Shown here piece by piece: positions 40,085-58,830 of a stretch of DNA of 64,000 bases (position 1 is the first letter of the stretch; each line of letters begins with the position of its first letter). This DNA comes from Blasia pusilla (taxonomy: Eukaryota). The stretch covers positions 29,884,001 to 29,948,000 of the forward strand of contig CM114271.1 of NCBI GenBank assembly GCA_050084515.1, given 5' to 3'. The position numbers and the translations under genes were made by a program. The notes beneath the pieces were generated by a model. That model saw only the letters and a program-made list of their open reading frames with translations, was not told the origin of the DNA and ran no database searches.

Positions 40085-40420
40085 GACATACTTGTCCAGT
40101 TTTGAACAACCAAGGATACACTTTCCTTGTTGGAACTCATCACACTCATCAATGAAGATATAAAAGAGTGCTCAACAAGAATCAACATAATTGAATTTAG
40201 GGACATATTCCATCAAATTTGCAAAAGAGTCTAACATTTCAACCTTTCAGGAGGCAAATAGATTAATTCCACTTCAACATCTCAACCTTGTTTTGACAAG
40301 GACTACAAAATAGCCTTGAGAGAAATTTATCAACACTTATGGATAGATCCACAATCTCTATACATTCGATTGTTGCATTACATTTACAAATGGCCCGTTC
40401 ACAAGAAGAAACGACACCAT
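40085..40420 (+). mobile_element. Decayed LINE fragment (EN-RT linker), same family as the 42-47 kb LINE
   Basis: ELITLINEDIKECSTRINIIEFRDIFHQIC...LSGGK*INSTS..QPCFDKDYK..REIYQHLWIDPQS aligns with ELITLVNKALTEYSPTVNITEFSDILHQCC...LSGGKHIRSTS..QPWFDKDCK..RELNHWLREDPHS (45050-45300). Confidence 0.8.
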
Positions 40421-42184
40421 AGGCTTTGGGAAAACATAAGGAATACATCTCAAAAAAGTGCTGAACATATGTGGCACTACCCCACCTTCGTGAATACTAT
40501 CATGCCCATTATATCTATATCCCATTCCCACTAAATTAGGTCATGCATTAGCGAGATTCACATGCGGCTCAAGTGACCTTGAGATTGAGAAAGGGATTTT
40601 TTTCACACAAGAAAAGAGAAGACGTATTATGTAGATTTTGCAACTCGGGGCTTCTTGATGATAAGCAGTAGTACCTTTTATATTCCCCCTTTCACAATCA
40701 CATTAGTCTTGACTTTTCGGATCTCTTCGCTCAATCGGCCCTCGAGGTCTGTGAATTCATGGCTAGTTAAAGTCATGTTCATCTTGCCAAGTTCCTACAT
40801 TTATGTGTGAGAGACTAGGGAAAATCACATGGAACAAAGGGCCTCTAAGGACCTTGCTGGTTTTGGTACTCTCTTTTCAAACTTCAGTAAATTTTTGCAA
40901 AGCTAGGTCCCATAGCCATGAGGGGACCCCGTGGAGAATAAATATATTTATCCATTCTCTCATAAATGCTTTTGGATGTTCTTTAAACATGGAAAGTGTG
41001 TTTAAGCTTAAAAAATGTTTTAGTTTAAAGAAATATGACAATGAATTGTAAGAGGGACTCATTAATTTTCAAGTGCAAGGCGTTTCCATTCCAAACACTA
41101 AGAAGAGAAGTTTTGCAATGGCTTGGAAACCAAGTTCAAGTTTGGTACTTCTTCTTAGGCTCCTTCTAAATTCTTTTTCAAGTATTGATATATATCATTT
41201 TCCTTCATTTGGGATATTATTACAATGTATTTTCTTAATTTGCCATAACTTCATGAGTCCATTGTTTGTAAAACATTTTGAATGCATACATGCAAGTCCT
41301 CTATGAATATTATGGTTAATTGTAAGGCCTTGAAATTATGAGTAAACTAAAATTGTACTTTGTCCCCTAACTATAAGATTAGCAATGTACCTACAATGAT
41401 TTCAAGGTGCCAGTAGTGTATAGGTCATCTACTAGTCCAATTGACCCATAAATTACTTCCAAGCTCTTTGCAAGTACATAACAAGGTATGAGTCCTGAGA
41501 ATCATAGTGTATGTGCATTCACATGCAAGTGGACTCTTAATAATTTCATGATCTCATAGATGCTCTAACGTGTTTTTATGAAAAAACCACAAAGTAGTCC
41601 TAGAGGACTCACAATATAATTCAAAACTCTTGTTAAAATGCCAAAAGACCAAATTAATCCTTGTAGTGTAAACATTACTCTCTATATTTTCTTCTTGCTT
41701 TCTAGATCTTCTACTTTTGCTTCATAGTTTGTCTTTCTTCCTATATTTCTATAAATTTTGGATGAATTTTGGTGTGCTTCTTTACTACTCTCATGATAAT
41801 GGCGAGTTGTTTCCTAATGAGATGTATGAGTGGGATTTAAGGGAAAAGACTAACCTAAGGAGAAAGGGGGAGTAGATGCTCATGACAACGTACAAAAAGG
41901 GAAGACAGGTGAAAGACCTTTTAGTCATGTTATGAGTCAAGGGCAAGTAGCATATACATTAGGATTAGTTGAGATTGGCAAGATGCCACAAGAATAATTA
42001 TGAAAAATGAAGATTAGCAAGACAATCGTCGCATGCCAAAAGGTAGGACTCGAGACGAGTGCTATTCCAACTGAAGGCTAATTATCAAGCACGGGTTCAT
42101 AAGGTACAAATCATGTTTGGGTTGAGAGCCATAACCAAGGGCAAGGGCCGTCAGTAGATGATACTTCAACTATGAGGTGTCTTA

Positions 42185-47980
<5,796 letters not shown>

Positions 47981-49219
47981 TTGGTTCCAAGCTTCGACTG
48001 AATTTTTTTTCCAATTTGTTGGCAACCAAAATTTCAAAAAATCAGATTTTCAATAAGGCAACACTTTGTTTCTCCCTCATAGTCCTATTATGATATCGCT
48101 CAAGCATGTACGCCTCCATTTGCTCCTATTGTTAGCACGTGGCACATATTTAGGAAATATGCAATGCATCCCAAAGCTCATATGTATTGTCACGATTAAA
48201 TGGAGGTGGAAAAGATTACATTAATCGAGGCTTTAAAGGTTCCTTTGTAGTGCTCATTTAAGAAGTTCATTGTGATCTCCTACCTTAGAGATGACTTATG
48301 TGTAAAATTAATCCTTCCCTATTGTGTTGGGGGACGCATTATTAAATTTCATGTATATAGTGATTCTACTTGAGTTTACGAGGTTTAAGGAGAGTGATAT
48401 CCAAGGCTTTTATCTTCTATGAGACGCCTTTCTATATGGACTATGAATCCAAACCATTATTAGCAAACTAATAAGGTGGTCGTACTATACACATCAAAAA
48501 AATTTACTTCAGAATTCAATGTAAGATGCATGTTTTAAAAAATGTGATGAAAGGAAAAACTTGAAAATTACTTATTTCATCTAATAATCTTTATGTCTAT
48601 GATATTTTGTGTATAGAAATCTTCCTTATTTGGATATACATTCCTTCTTATCATGATGTGAATAAAACTTCTTTGATCTACTCTTGATTATGCTATATGG
48701 AAATTGACCATGAGGAAATAGAGGTGTGGGTAAGTAAATTCCAACATCTTCTAAAATTTTGACCATGAGAATTTTATGGAATATAAAAGAAGTTTGAAAC
48801 AAAAAAATTGTGTGGAAGTTATTAAATGTGCAAAATTTGAAGTTAGAATAAGCACACTACAACTTTTAATCAAAATGAGATAAATTGGGCAAGGATCTAA
48901 GTCAATGGAAGAGGGATAGGCATTGAGAAGAAAGAACAAGGTGTTGAGCTTGAATGCGAGTCAAAGGTGAATACAAGGTCATCTAGCTTGAAGTTCAAGG
49001 GACAATTTTATCACCAATATCAAAGTGCAAACGTTAAAGTCTCTTGTATGATTGTTGAATGCATGTGGGAGGTTTTTCGTTGAAGGCGCTCAATGCAAAG
49101 GTGGAAGGTGGAAGGTGCATTCATGCATAGTCAAGTGTAAATCAAACCTTGTAAGGGACCAAGTGATGGAGGGGGCAAAGGATTGCAAGGTTGCAAAAAA
49201 GAAGAAGTTTGTGTCCGCC

Positions 49220-50650
49220 AACATGCCCATGTTGGCCAACCCTCCTAGATTCTTGTCCTATCGTGCCCCACACGCAATGAACACTCGGGCTCAGCAAGCC
49301 CGCATCCCAATCCAACGACCCACCACTCATTCTTTCCACCAAGTTTGTAGCCCACATTGGTCTAAAAGACATACAGAAAATCCATAAGGTCGATCTGAAC
49401 CTAGGATTTTCAGATCTCATAGCCCACACACCCGTTCAATCCAAGATTGCATACAATAAAGTCCATCTCCTCAAACTTATGTCAATCCCTAGGATGGAAA
49501 TTTCCATACACATACATGCGTGATTTCCCATGTCCCACAATCGGGCCTTTCGGGCTCACAACGTAGATTTGAGCTTGGCTTGCCCGCACCCGATCTAACA
49601 ACCTATGGCATGTTCTTGCCACATGTTTTCTAGCCTGCATGTGGCCCGCATTGAGCTTCATTGGCCCATAACGGCCTATGGTGGGCCCATAATGTGGTAC
49701 CGAACCTTCCTGCCTCACAATAGGCTGCATAGGACCCGTATGCGGATTGCTTGCATTGCCTGTGGGGGCTTCAAGCCTTGTGTGAGCAAGTATAGGCCCT
49801 ACTCGAGCATATTGCAAGCTAGTGCCGGCCACATGGGGACTTGATGTGGGCCATGCGTGGGTTTGATGTGGGCCAAGAAAGTGCTTGTAAACCGCTCACC
49901 CGTTTGATCCCTTTCCGCCTCCCTTCATCTAAGCCTGCACCCATTCACACATCCCAAGTGTGCACAGACGATCGGGATACCAACAAAACCCAAACACGCG
50001 ACCCTTCGGGTATGTCTGTCCCATAGATGGATAAGTTTATTTTTTTGTAGTCTTGGTTTAATCCTTTTCTGAGCTCGTATCCATTCCCCCGTTTAGAGCT
50101 TGCGCGAGTGACGGGTGTACCAAAAAATCCCATGTGGGAGACCTGTTGGGCATGTTTGTCCCATGGATGGACAAGTGTGTTTCCGTGCAATGTTCAATGG
50201 AATGGGGGGTAGACAACCTAGGATTAGTATGGAGCAAGCGTATGATGATTCAAATCAAATCCTTTCAAGCGATGTATATTTTTACCTATAGGTTTAGTGC
50301 ACATCGAGGCTTGTTGTTTAGTCTTTTGCATGGTTGCACAAAAATAGGCAAGTCCAGCCCTAGGACACAAATTGATGGACAAGTCTTGACATATCCACGA
50401 ATATGGATTGCAAGTGGTGGGACCCACACTTATAGTTCATGATGGAAGGCAGGGCAAGGGTGAGTGGGGAAATAATGGTGGAGGGTTTGGAAGTAGAGGA
50501 AGCAAGAAACGGGAGAGTCTAGAACATGACGGCAAGTGGGGGGAATGAGAAAGAAGGGGAAGGTGAGGCTCATATGAACAAGCCCTTGCATAGGAGAGAC
50601 GTAAGTCCACGAACATGGACATATCTTCGGACACGAACTTTGTCCACATG
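49220..50650 (+). repeat. Longer copy of the GCCCA-rich dispersed repeat
   Basis: Shares segments with 39470-40060 and 16190-16510 (see those entries). Confidence 0.6.
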
Positions 50651-53600
50651 CAATCTTAGGTTTTTGCCCTTATGTAATTTAAGATGGGGGAGAGAGATTC
50701 TTGAGGATGGAGACAAATATTTTTCCATGTTCTGTAATTTTCTTTTGATGATAGAGCTAGGGTTGTAGACATATACCCACTAGAGATCATGGAAATAAAA
50801 AAGAGAAATTTTGAAGAATAGTCACTCTATTATGTTTCTTCTTACTTTATGCAAGCTTGTGATAGTGTGTCTCTTTTGAAGGGACAACAAATAGTCATAT
50901 AATTTTTTTTCCAAAAGTTCAAAGTAGAACTTGAAACTTCAAGAATGCCGTAATGACTTGTCTTTCTTCTCAATATTCTTGGAATGCGTTTGAACTTCTC
51001 TCTCAAGATTTGAGCTAGTAAATTCCTCCCAAATTTTATTGGACATTTAAAATTCAATCCCTTCAAGACTTCCAATAAGCTTTAGAAGGTATTCCTTGGA
51101 GCTTGCACTTGGTTGACTATTAGGAGTTTTGACACAATCATCAACATGCATTGTGGCTAGTGAAATAGGCTATGGGAAATAGTTTGAGGATCTAGCATTC
51201 TTGTGACGACTCGTTGTTTGCACACTATAACCAACAAGTCTTCTGAAAATGGATATAATGTAATAGCTGAGTGATTGTAATTGATTGGTCTTGGGTATCT
51301 TACATTTAAGTATTATCGTAGATTGGCTTGATAAATATTTTGGAGCATCTCCTAAGTTTAGAAGGTTAGATGAATTCTTGATATCCTCAATTTCATACCC
51401 TATGTACGGCTTCCCAACATTGAGGGTGTGACCAACCTTTCCAATCTATAACTTAAACACAACCCTATACAATCCTCTTGTGAGATTGGAGACTTTTCAA
51501 GTTCTATCAGAGGTGCAATCTCTACTTATTTTACTATGTAGTCCTTTTCACAAGAAGATGGGTGAGTTTTCTTGATTGTACTCATGCTCTACCCTTTTGT
51601 ATATTTCATTGTAGTCCGTCTACAGGTCATGTATCATAATTATAAACATGTGCTAGTAATAGATCAAACTTGTATTTAGATACTTGTCTTGTTTTGAAAG
51701 GGTTTGAAGGCCATAATCCTCTTGCGATATGAACACTTTTTTTAATGTTAGGAATTTGAATAGATGCTATGAACACTAGAGACTTATTGGGATATAGTAG
51801 ATGACTCTCTAGGATGTTGGATTCCTGAAAATATTATAAATAGGTGAGCAAGAAAAATGTTAGTTAGTGTGCATTAGTATCCATCATGAGAATGGAAATT
51901 ATGAAGCACACCCATACAAGCAAGTAACTACAGGTCGTAAATTTGTAAAACATTACCTCTATAGAGAGAATTTGGAAACTCCAATAAAACATCAAAGTTG
52001 TAGACAACGCACGTCAATCAATGATTGAATATAGATTTTCTATCCTTATATCTATATAGAGAGAGAAAATGTAAGCCCATGCACATGTTTATATTACCTT
52101 CCATGATTAGCTCTCATAATTCTCAAGTGCAATTGATTTCGAGTGATCCTCATGTTTCAAAAGGGGAAAAATCTCATTGGTTGAAAAGGCCAAGTGTCAA
52201 GAGGAGAGGAGTTTGCATATTGAATAAGCACTCATCAATAATAATATAGATTTGATTGTGTTAATCCTCCCTATGATCTGGGAAGCCCTAAAAATTTCAA
52301 TGCTATAGCTTGTTGAAATTAATGGCTTAAATTATCTCAATTTAAGTAGCCCTAATATATGGCTAGTATGGACGCCCAAGACACGTAGGAAAATTGAGGA
52401 TATTCTTGATCCAAAAGGGTATAGATTCCATATATTAATCATATGATATGATACATTGAAAAAAAGTATTGATCGCACTCCATAATGTCACACGTCTGAA
52501 ACAATGGCCCATCCAAGAGGACACATGTCAAGACAAAGGACGCTTGCAAGGAACAAGGGACATATCACCCCAAAGGATATAGACTAGGTAGTTGAGGATG
52601 AATATATAGTGTATTTCATTTTGATAGTGACTTGATGGTTGATGGGCTAACATGTGCATAGGTATTACCAAGGACTTGCTTAAGGAAGGTCTATAGTTGA
52701 AGAGGGTTATTTGAAGCCCATCTTTAGATATCAAACCTTGTAAGTGAGATCCGTGATACATTACAACAAGGCTATATTGGTATATTGAATATTGAGTCTC
52801 ATGAGTCATAAGTGGGTTAGGATTGATATCATACATTTTTATGTATTTTTGGGTCTTTTACTCATATATCCATGCTCAAAACACGATATGTATATACGAT
52901 AGAAGAGCATGAGAATGTGTTTCCTTCCTAGATTCATAATTTCTTTATTCATATTAATGGATCGTAGAAAATGTCAATTTTAAAGAAGAAATTGAATTAT
53001 TGAGTGTGTTATCATTTATGTGGAGATCTTATGAGATTCACAAGATGGATAGGATCTTCGATATGTGTTTTTGGTTATGTGTATTCACACGAAATTATTT
53101 ACTTATGGTCATGTGTTTTGCGTTAATTGGTGTCCAATCTCAAAATTCATGTTTAAGAATCCTCAATGAAATTTGTGCACTACATGATAAGGGAAGATGA
53201 AGCCTATGTGTGATGTTTTTTTGTAACATGATAATAAACATATATAAAAGAAAAACTAAGGATAGAGAATTTTGATGAAATACTTTGATTAGAAAGAGGT
53301 GGGAAAGAGAAGGGAAATTTATTTTACTAAAATAAGTTTCCCTTCTCTTTCCCATCTCATAATAAATAAAGAAATATTTTCTCATGAAAAAATAAAAAAA
53401 AAAATCTATACTATAAACGACACGTTCACCTAGAATGGGCCATGCATGGCATAACCTGGTGTTTAGAAACCCAACGGATTCTAACTACTAAGAAATGAAT
53501 AAGTAAAAAAATTACCCCCTATGGAACGTGTTTTCCAAAACAATTAGTTTCGATAATCCTAAAAAACTTAAATCATAGATTAAAATAAACCAAAGATACG

Positions 53601-54228
53601 TCATCAAGACCTCCATGATGGACCCGCAAGTGCGTATGAAGATTTCGACTTTGGCGGAAGGTAGTGCAAACTCCCTTTACATGCGGCGTCGTCTTTTTCT
53701 TCCCTCATCGTTCCAAATATAAATTTACACTTGGTTGCACCCGCCAGGCTTTATTGGGAGGAGCACTTTTCACTGTACGAACTGTATCGCGAACTTACCA
53801 ACGAACTATCCATCGATCCAAGAACAGCGTAGTGGAAGGTCTTCCGCGAGGTTCTAATTAACGTGTGACGACCGACATATTTTCCTCTTTGGTCAGTTCC
53901 ACGACTCTATACGGTAAGACGTGGTGACGTACGTACAAAATATTGGACCAGCGATACCTCTCACCAGTAAATCATTCGGAAGAGTATATTGTACGAGGTT
54001 CCCTTGGGAGGAAATACTCACTAGAAAAACAGATAGTTCGTTGGGGTCAAAGCTTGTTCACTACGCAAATTATTTTATAAGGATCAATAATTATAAAAGT
54101 TGACATTCTCCCAAAATAATCAGATGGAAGAATTACGGGTCTTTACATTTGTTCCATTAGTTTCTTTTAGAGATGACAACGGAGCTGAAATGGAGGGCTG
54201 AATGGGCTGAAATATTAGTGATTCTATC

Positions 54229-54352
54229 TTTGCGGGCAATTATGAAGAAAAAACGAGTTGATATATCTATGCAGATAAGTGGGGAATGAATTTGCAGGCA
54301 ATTATGAAGATAAAACGAGTTGATATATCTATGCAGATAAGTGGGGAATGAA
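54229..54352. repeat. 62-bp tandem duplication
   Basis: tttgc(g/a)ggcaattatgaaga(a/t)aaaacgagttgatatatctatgcagataagtggggaatgaa occurs twice with 2 mismatches. Confidence 0.92.
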
Positions 54353-54800
54353 AAGTACTCACGCACGTTGTCGAAAGGAGGAAGGGAATCCACCCTAAAA
54401 AGGAGACTCATGAAAATAACATGGAGATTCCAAAAACTGAATACCAACACAGTCACAAATCACGAAGCGTAACATAATGTTAGATCCCTCTTATTATAAA
54501 GAATTATTACAAAAATAAATATAAGTGTGGACATCCTTTTTTAATCCACTCTTTACTTAAAAATCTCATTAAATCATTTTCCCATAAACATACCCATCAA
54601 TCAAATTAAACTCCATTACTTCTTGCAATAATTATTATCTAAGTTTTCATCTACTCTTCACATACATAAAATTCGATAATGAGAATTTGGTAAAAAATTC
54701 ATGAAATTATGATAGCATGTAATTGTTTTTTCCAAAAAGTTAAGAATAGACATAGATATGATCTAATGAATTATAGAAGGTTTCAATCTATGAAGAGATA

Positions 54801-55261
54801 TCTCACATCTTATTTAGTTCACAAGTAGAGCTCTACCGCGTCGACGACATAGAGGGTTAGTGGGCGGTTTGGGTGTTATTTTGTCTTGAAGTGTCAGATG
54901 AGGTTGATGATACATCTGTTGTGTCAAGAGCATAGTTTCTAATGATTTCCCTTCTTTCTATTTTCAGATAGGTGACCTTTTGACCGAGTCAATGGTTACC
55001 GAGTAACCTATGTTTGTAGATTACCTTTGGAGAGGCTATTTTTGGGGGAAGAGCCTTTTGGCTCTTCTCAAGGCTATAAGAGAAAAAGAGATGATTTTCT
55101 CATGTTGAGCCTTTGGAATACCTCTCTTGCTTTGTGTGTAGTAGGAACTAAGGTGCTAGTTTTCGGATTCCCTCACATCGGAGGGTGGATGTGGCTTCAT
55201 ATGTATATGTAGATTTGAGAGTGGAGTTTCGCGTGTGAGCCATTTTTATTGTGATTTAACA
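54801..55261 (+). mobile_element. Old diverged copy of LTR-like element 'C'
   Basis: Colinear with the reconstructed young C (63339-63064 minus, 58741-58830, 55588-55473 minus): tctcacatc start, gtgtcagatgaggttga, ggctatttt..gagccttttggctcttc..ctataagaga, ttttctcatgttg, gtagattt.gagagtggagttt, ...taaca end. Confidence 0.75.
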
Positions 55262-55334
55262 TCAAAAAAATACGAGGGGCCATGGGGAAAATGGTTGTAT
55301 GTAGGTAGGCAAACAAGTTGTATGGTGGGGAGCC

Positions 55335-55470
55335 TGTCGTGCACATACATATCGCTACACAACATACATCGCTCGTCACATCTACACCACACAACACTGA
55401 TCTTCCCCACACACGGGTCGATTCACACATGTACAAAAATCAACTCATACATATACATGGAGATCACTCA
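55335..55470 (-). mobile_element. 136-bp LTR copy of the PHD-finger Gypsy family ('D')
   Basis: Direct repeat of 63342-63477 with 4 transitions; TG...CA ends. Confidence 0.85.
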
Positions 55471-55472
55471 AC

Positions 55473-55592
55473 TGTAAAAATAAAGAGTAGTAAAAACGGC
55501 ACACCCGGCCTAAAACTCCACTCCTCAATCTACATCCGCATATCGAGCCTCGTCCACCCTGTGCTATCAAGGAATCCGGACGATAACACCCT
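55473..55592 (-). mobile_element. Distal fragment of young LTR-like element C, including the left TSD copy CCCT (55589-55592)
   Basis: The reverse complement continues 58741-58830 (…ggactAGGG|tgttatcgtccggattcc…) and aligns with 55150-55261. It ends TTTTTACA. Confidence 0.8.
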
Positions 55593-56623
55593 TGTCGCGA
55601 CCCTCATAACCAAACAACACCAAATACGCGCCAAGCGAAACATCAGAACTGAAAGGAACTCACGCCGCGAGGTTTGCGCTTTGGAGAGGCGTTTGGTAGA
55701 GTCTCTTGGAAAAAGTCTAAGAGACAAACGCGAAAGAGTTGTGCGTTTCATGCGTTAGTGGTCGCGACCAGGAAACCTAGACCAAACGCGAGCCGAGACT
55801 TGAGATGAGTTGAGTCTTGGAGGTTGGTTGCCAAAGAGGTGAGAACCAGTTTGGAACATGACTAGCGTTTGGGAGAATCTGATTGTGTTTAGGACCATAA
55901 CGTGGAGCTCCGAGATGTGTTCGGGACAAGTAAGGCCGCGTTGGAAAGCTGATCTTGAGACGCTTCCAACGCACCAAAGATCTCAGCAAACGCATAAGTA
56001 CAGGCTGAGATATTGGCCGAAAACGATTCAGAGAGCAATCGGGTTGAGGGCCAATTGGAAGGGCCCGGGTGTCTTTCCCTAAATGTAGGGGGCCCCCGGA
56101 GATTCCCAGAAGTACTAGTAAGGGGAGTACCTTCTCTGAGATGTCTCGGGAAACGAAACCCCATTTTGGGTGCCAAACGGCGTTTCAGAGGCACGGGATG
56201 AAACGGGAGTTTGGCGCGGAAACCCGAAACCCAAACCTGATCCAAGGGAGTGGACTTTGTACGCCACACTTGGATTCCAACCCGAGATTCACTCCGTGCG
56301 AGTCTTGGTGAGGAACTCATTGGATGTTCATCGGACAGTTGGAACCGCTAGGCGCGAAACGCCGTTTCAGGTTCCTGAACCGACCAGAAAGTCTGTCCCA
56401 AGTCTTTCGAGACTTGCCCGTGTTGGAAACCGCGAAACTAGGAAGGTTGAGCTTGAAGAGAGAGTCCAAGACGAGAACTCGGAAAGTAATCCCGCTGATT
56501 GATCCAAGACCCGACTAACCGAAGTGCGTGTTTGGATGCAGATCAGCGTTGAGAGCGTGACCTACTGAACGCACGCTTCCGCAACAAACAAGATTAACGT
56601 TCAAGAAGAGTAGGCGCACGACA
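55593..56623 (+). mobile_element. 5' LTR (1031 bp) of chromovirus 'B'
   Basis: TGTCGCG...CACGACA, near-identical to the reverse complement of 58831-59849, and followed by a PBS. Confidence 0.95.
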
Positions 56624-56625
56624 CG

Positions 56626-56637
56626 TGGTATCAGAGC
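56626..56637 (+). other. Primer binding site (tRNA-iMet)
   Basis: TGGTATCAGAGC, 2 nt after the LTR end. Confidence 0.95.
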
Positions 56638-56775
56638 AATTCCTTGATGAGCGTGAACTTGGGGTCGTTGAAGATCTGGACGTTTGGGGAGAACTCAAGG
56701 TAGCCGGAAGACCGCGACGCCGAGGAGGAACGCAAGAGGCGAGGAGGAGATCTGAGAAAAGGCGACGACTCGCAA

Positions 56776-58740
56776 ATGGCGACCAAGGGCGAAGAACCGA
56801 GGAAACCGCGAGTCAAAGCAAAGAAGCCAAGAGACGAATCAATGACGGACCGAGAGCCAGAGGTGGAATTTGCGACTCCCGAAGTGCCGAGTCCTAGACA
56901 TGAGGATGTTCCAACCGAAAATCTTTCCGCGGGACCTTCGGGTCCAAACTTAAACGATCCGGCCTTTTATACCCAAATGATGGGATTGATGAAGGTGATG
57001 GCGGACCAGATGGCTGAACAGAGCAAGGTGATCTCGGAATTCAAGTCAAAGGGAGCCTCTAAATCTGGCAAGAAGCTTTGTAAGACTAATTTTCCAACGC
57101 CATTCACAGGAATGGGGCGTTCTCGGAAAGTGAGCGAGTTTCTAACGGAACTCGAACTCTATTTCGAAGCGCAAAAGGCAGATGAACAAGACAAGGTGAT
57201 CAGAGCGGTCACGTTTCAAGGATCACGCTCTCCATTGGTGGACGGCTCACCGGAAAGAACATCTAGGTCGTGGGAAAACGTTGAGTTGGGAAGATTTCAA
57301 GGAGTTGATTGGGAACCGATTCACTCCGGAATATCAAGAGTACCGCGATGGCATGGAGGTGGTGAGGTTGCGCCAAAGTGGATCACTTGGCGCTTATAAA
57401 AGTAGAGTTTAGTGCGCTCATGAGTGCACTTTCCACGGATGAACATACTAAAAGGTGATCTTCCTAAGTGGGCTCAAACCGAGTGCCGAGAAGGCTCTCT
57501 TTCGTATGCCTCACATCCCAGAGACGTGCGCGGACCTCTTGAGACTAGCCGAGCGGATTGGGGACGATGAAGTCCAACACCCGAAACCCTTTGAGACAAA
57601 AAGTTTTTCTAAATTACAGAAGAATAAAGGGACATCCAAGAGGGTTTGGAATGGGGGTGAGCGTGACCATGGAGGGTCTCGCCCCAGCGCTAAACGAGTG
57701 GAACTCAACGCGAAGTGAAGGGGCCGCCGAAGTCAACGAATGCCAAAGTGATTTGTTATAATTGTGGCGAACCCGGGCATATGGCTAAGGAATGTGTGAG
57801 GCCCAAGGTTAGTAAACCGAGTATGATTGCGTTTGCCGCTAAGCATTTATCGGAGGGAGATCTAGATACATCTCTACAAGTCACCAAGAGGACGCCCAAT
57901 TTGGTTTACCTAGGATCCAAGATCGCTAATCGCGATGTGATGTTGCTCGTTGATACAAAGTGCTTCGACTCATTCTTGAGTCCGAGAATAAAAACGTTGG
58001 GATTGCCAACCACCAAAGCGGATGAACCCATTAGGGTAGGATTCACGGGAGGGAAATCCCACCAGACATCAGATCTGGTTTTAGGGCTAGTTGTGAGATG
58101 CGGAGTATTTGAGTTGAAGGAGAATTTTACAGTTTGCGAGATGGACGGTATCGACGGAGTCTTGGGGAACACGTTCTTGGATGCGTATGAGGTGGAACTG
58201 AGGCGGAAACCTTTGAGGTTAAGCGTCTTGGTTAACGGCAAACGGACGGACGTCAGATTGGTTCGTGAGGTGCCTAGAAAGACGGAGTTGGTGAACGCCA
58301 TCACGAGGACGAGTTTGGCCGAGTTAGAGGAAGGATTCCTTTGCTTGATGAGACGAGTAGAGGATGATGCAAGCGCAAGATGCAGAGATCAGAACTCAGC
58401 TTCAAGGGAGATCCCTGAAACACTCAAGAGAGTTGTGAAAGAATTTGAAGATGTGTTGACTAAGGAGCTTCCGACTGAGTTGCCACCACATAGGGCGGTT
58501 GATCATAAGATTGAGGTGATACCAGGATCTCAACCACCTTCAAAGGCACCATATAGGTTGAATCAAGAGGAACTTGCTGAGTTGAAGAAACAGTTGGGTG
58601 AACTCCTAGAGAGGGGTTACATCCGAACGAGCAAGTCACCTTATGGGGCGCCCGTCCTCTTTGTCAAGAAGAAGGATGGGAAGTTGAGACTCTGTGTTGA
58701 TTATCGGGCGCTGAATAAAGTGACGGTAAGGAATAACTAT
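56776..58740 (+). mobile_element. Chromovirus B gag, protease and RT N-terminus (frameshifted; broken at the inversion breakpoint)
   Basis: Gag (FLTELELYF), zinc knuckle [14 protein letters not shown], protease region ([13 protein letters not shown]) and RT start ([49 protein letters not shown]|). Confidence 0.95.
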
Positions 58741-58830
58741 ATAAGAGAGGAAGATGGATTTCCTAAGCCATCTTTCTCATGTTGGGCCGTTGGAGCACCT
58801 CCCTTGTATGTGTGTGAGCTAGGACTAGGG
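58741..58830 (+). mobile_element. Middle fragment of element C carried inside the inversion, including the right TSD copy (AGGG 58827-58830)
   Basis: ataagagagg...tttctcatgttgggcc..ggagcacctcccttg..tgtgtg..taggactaggg aligns with 55076-55153. Confidence 0.85.
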
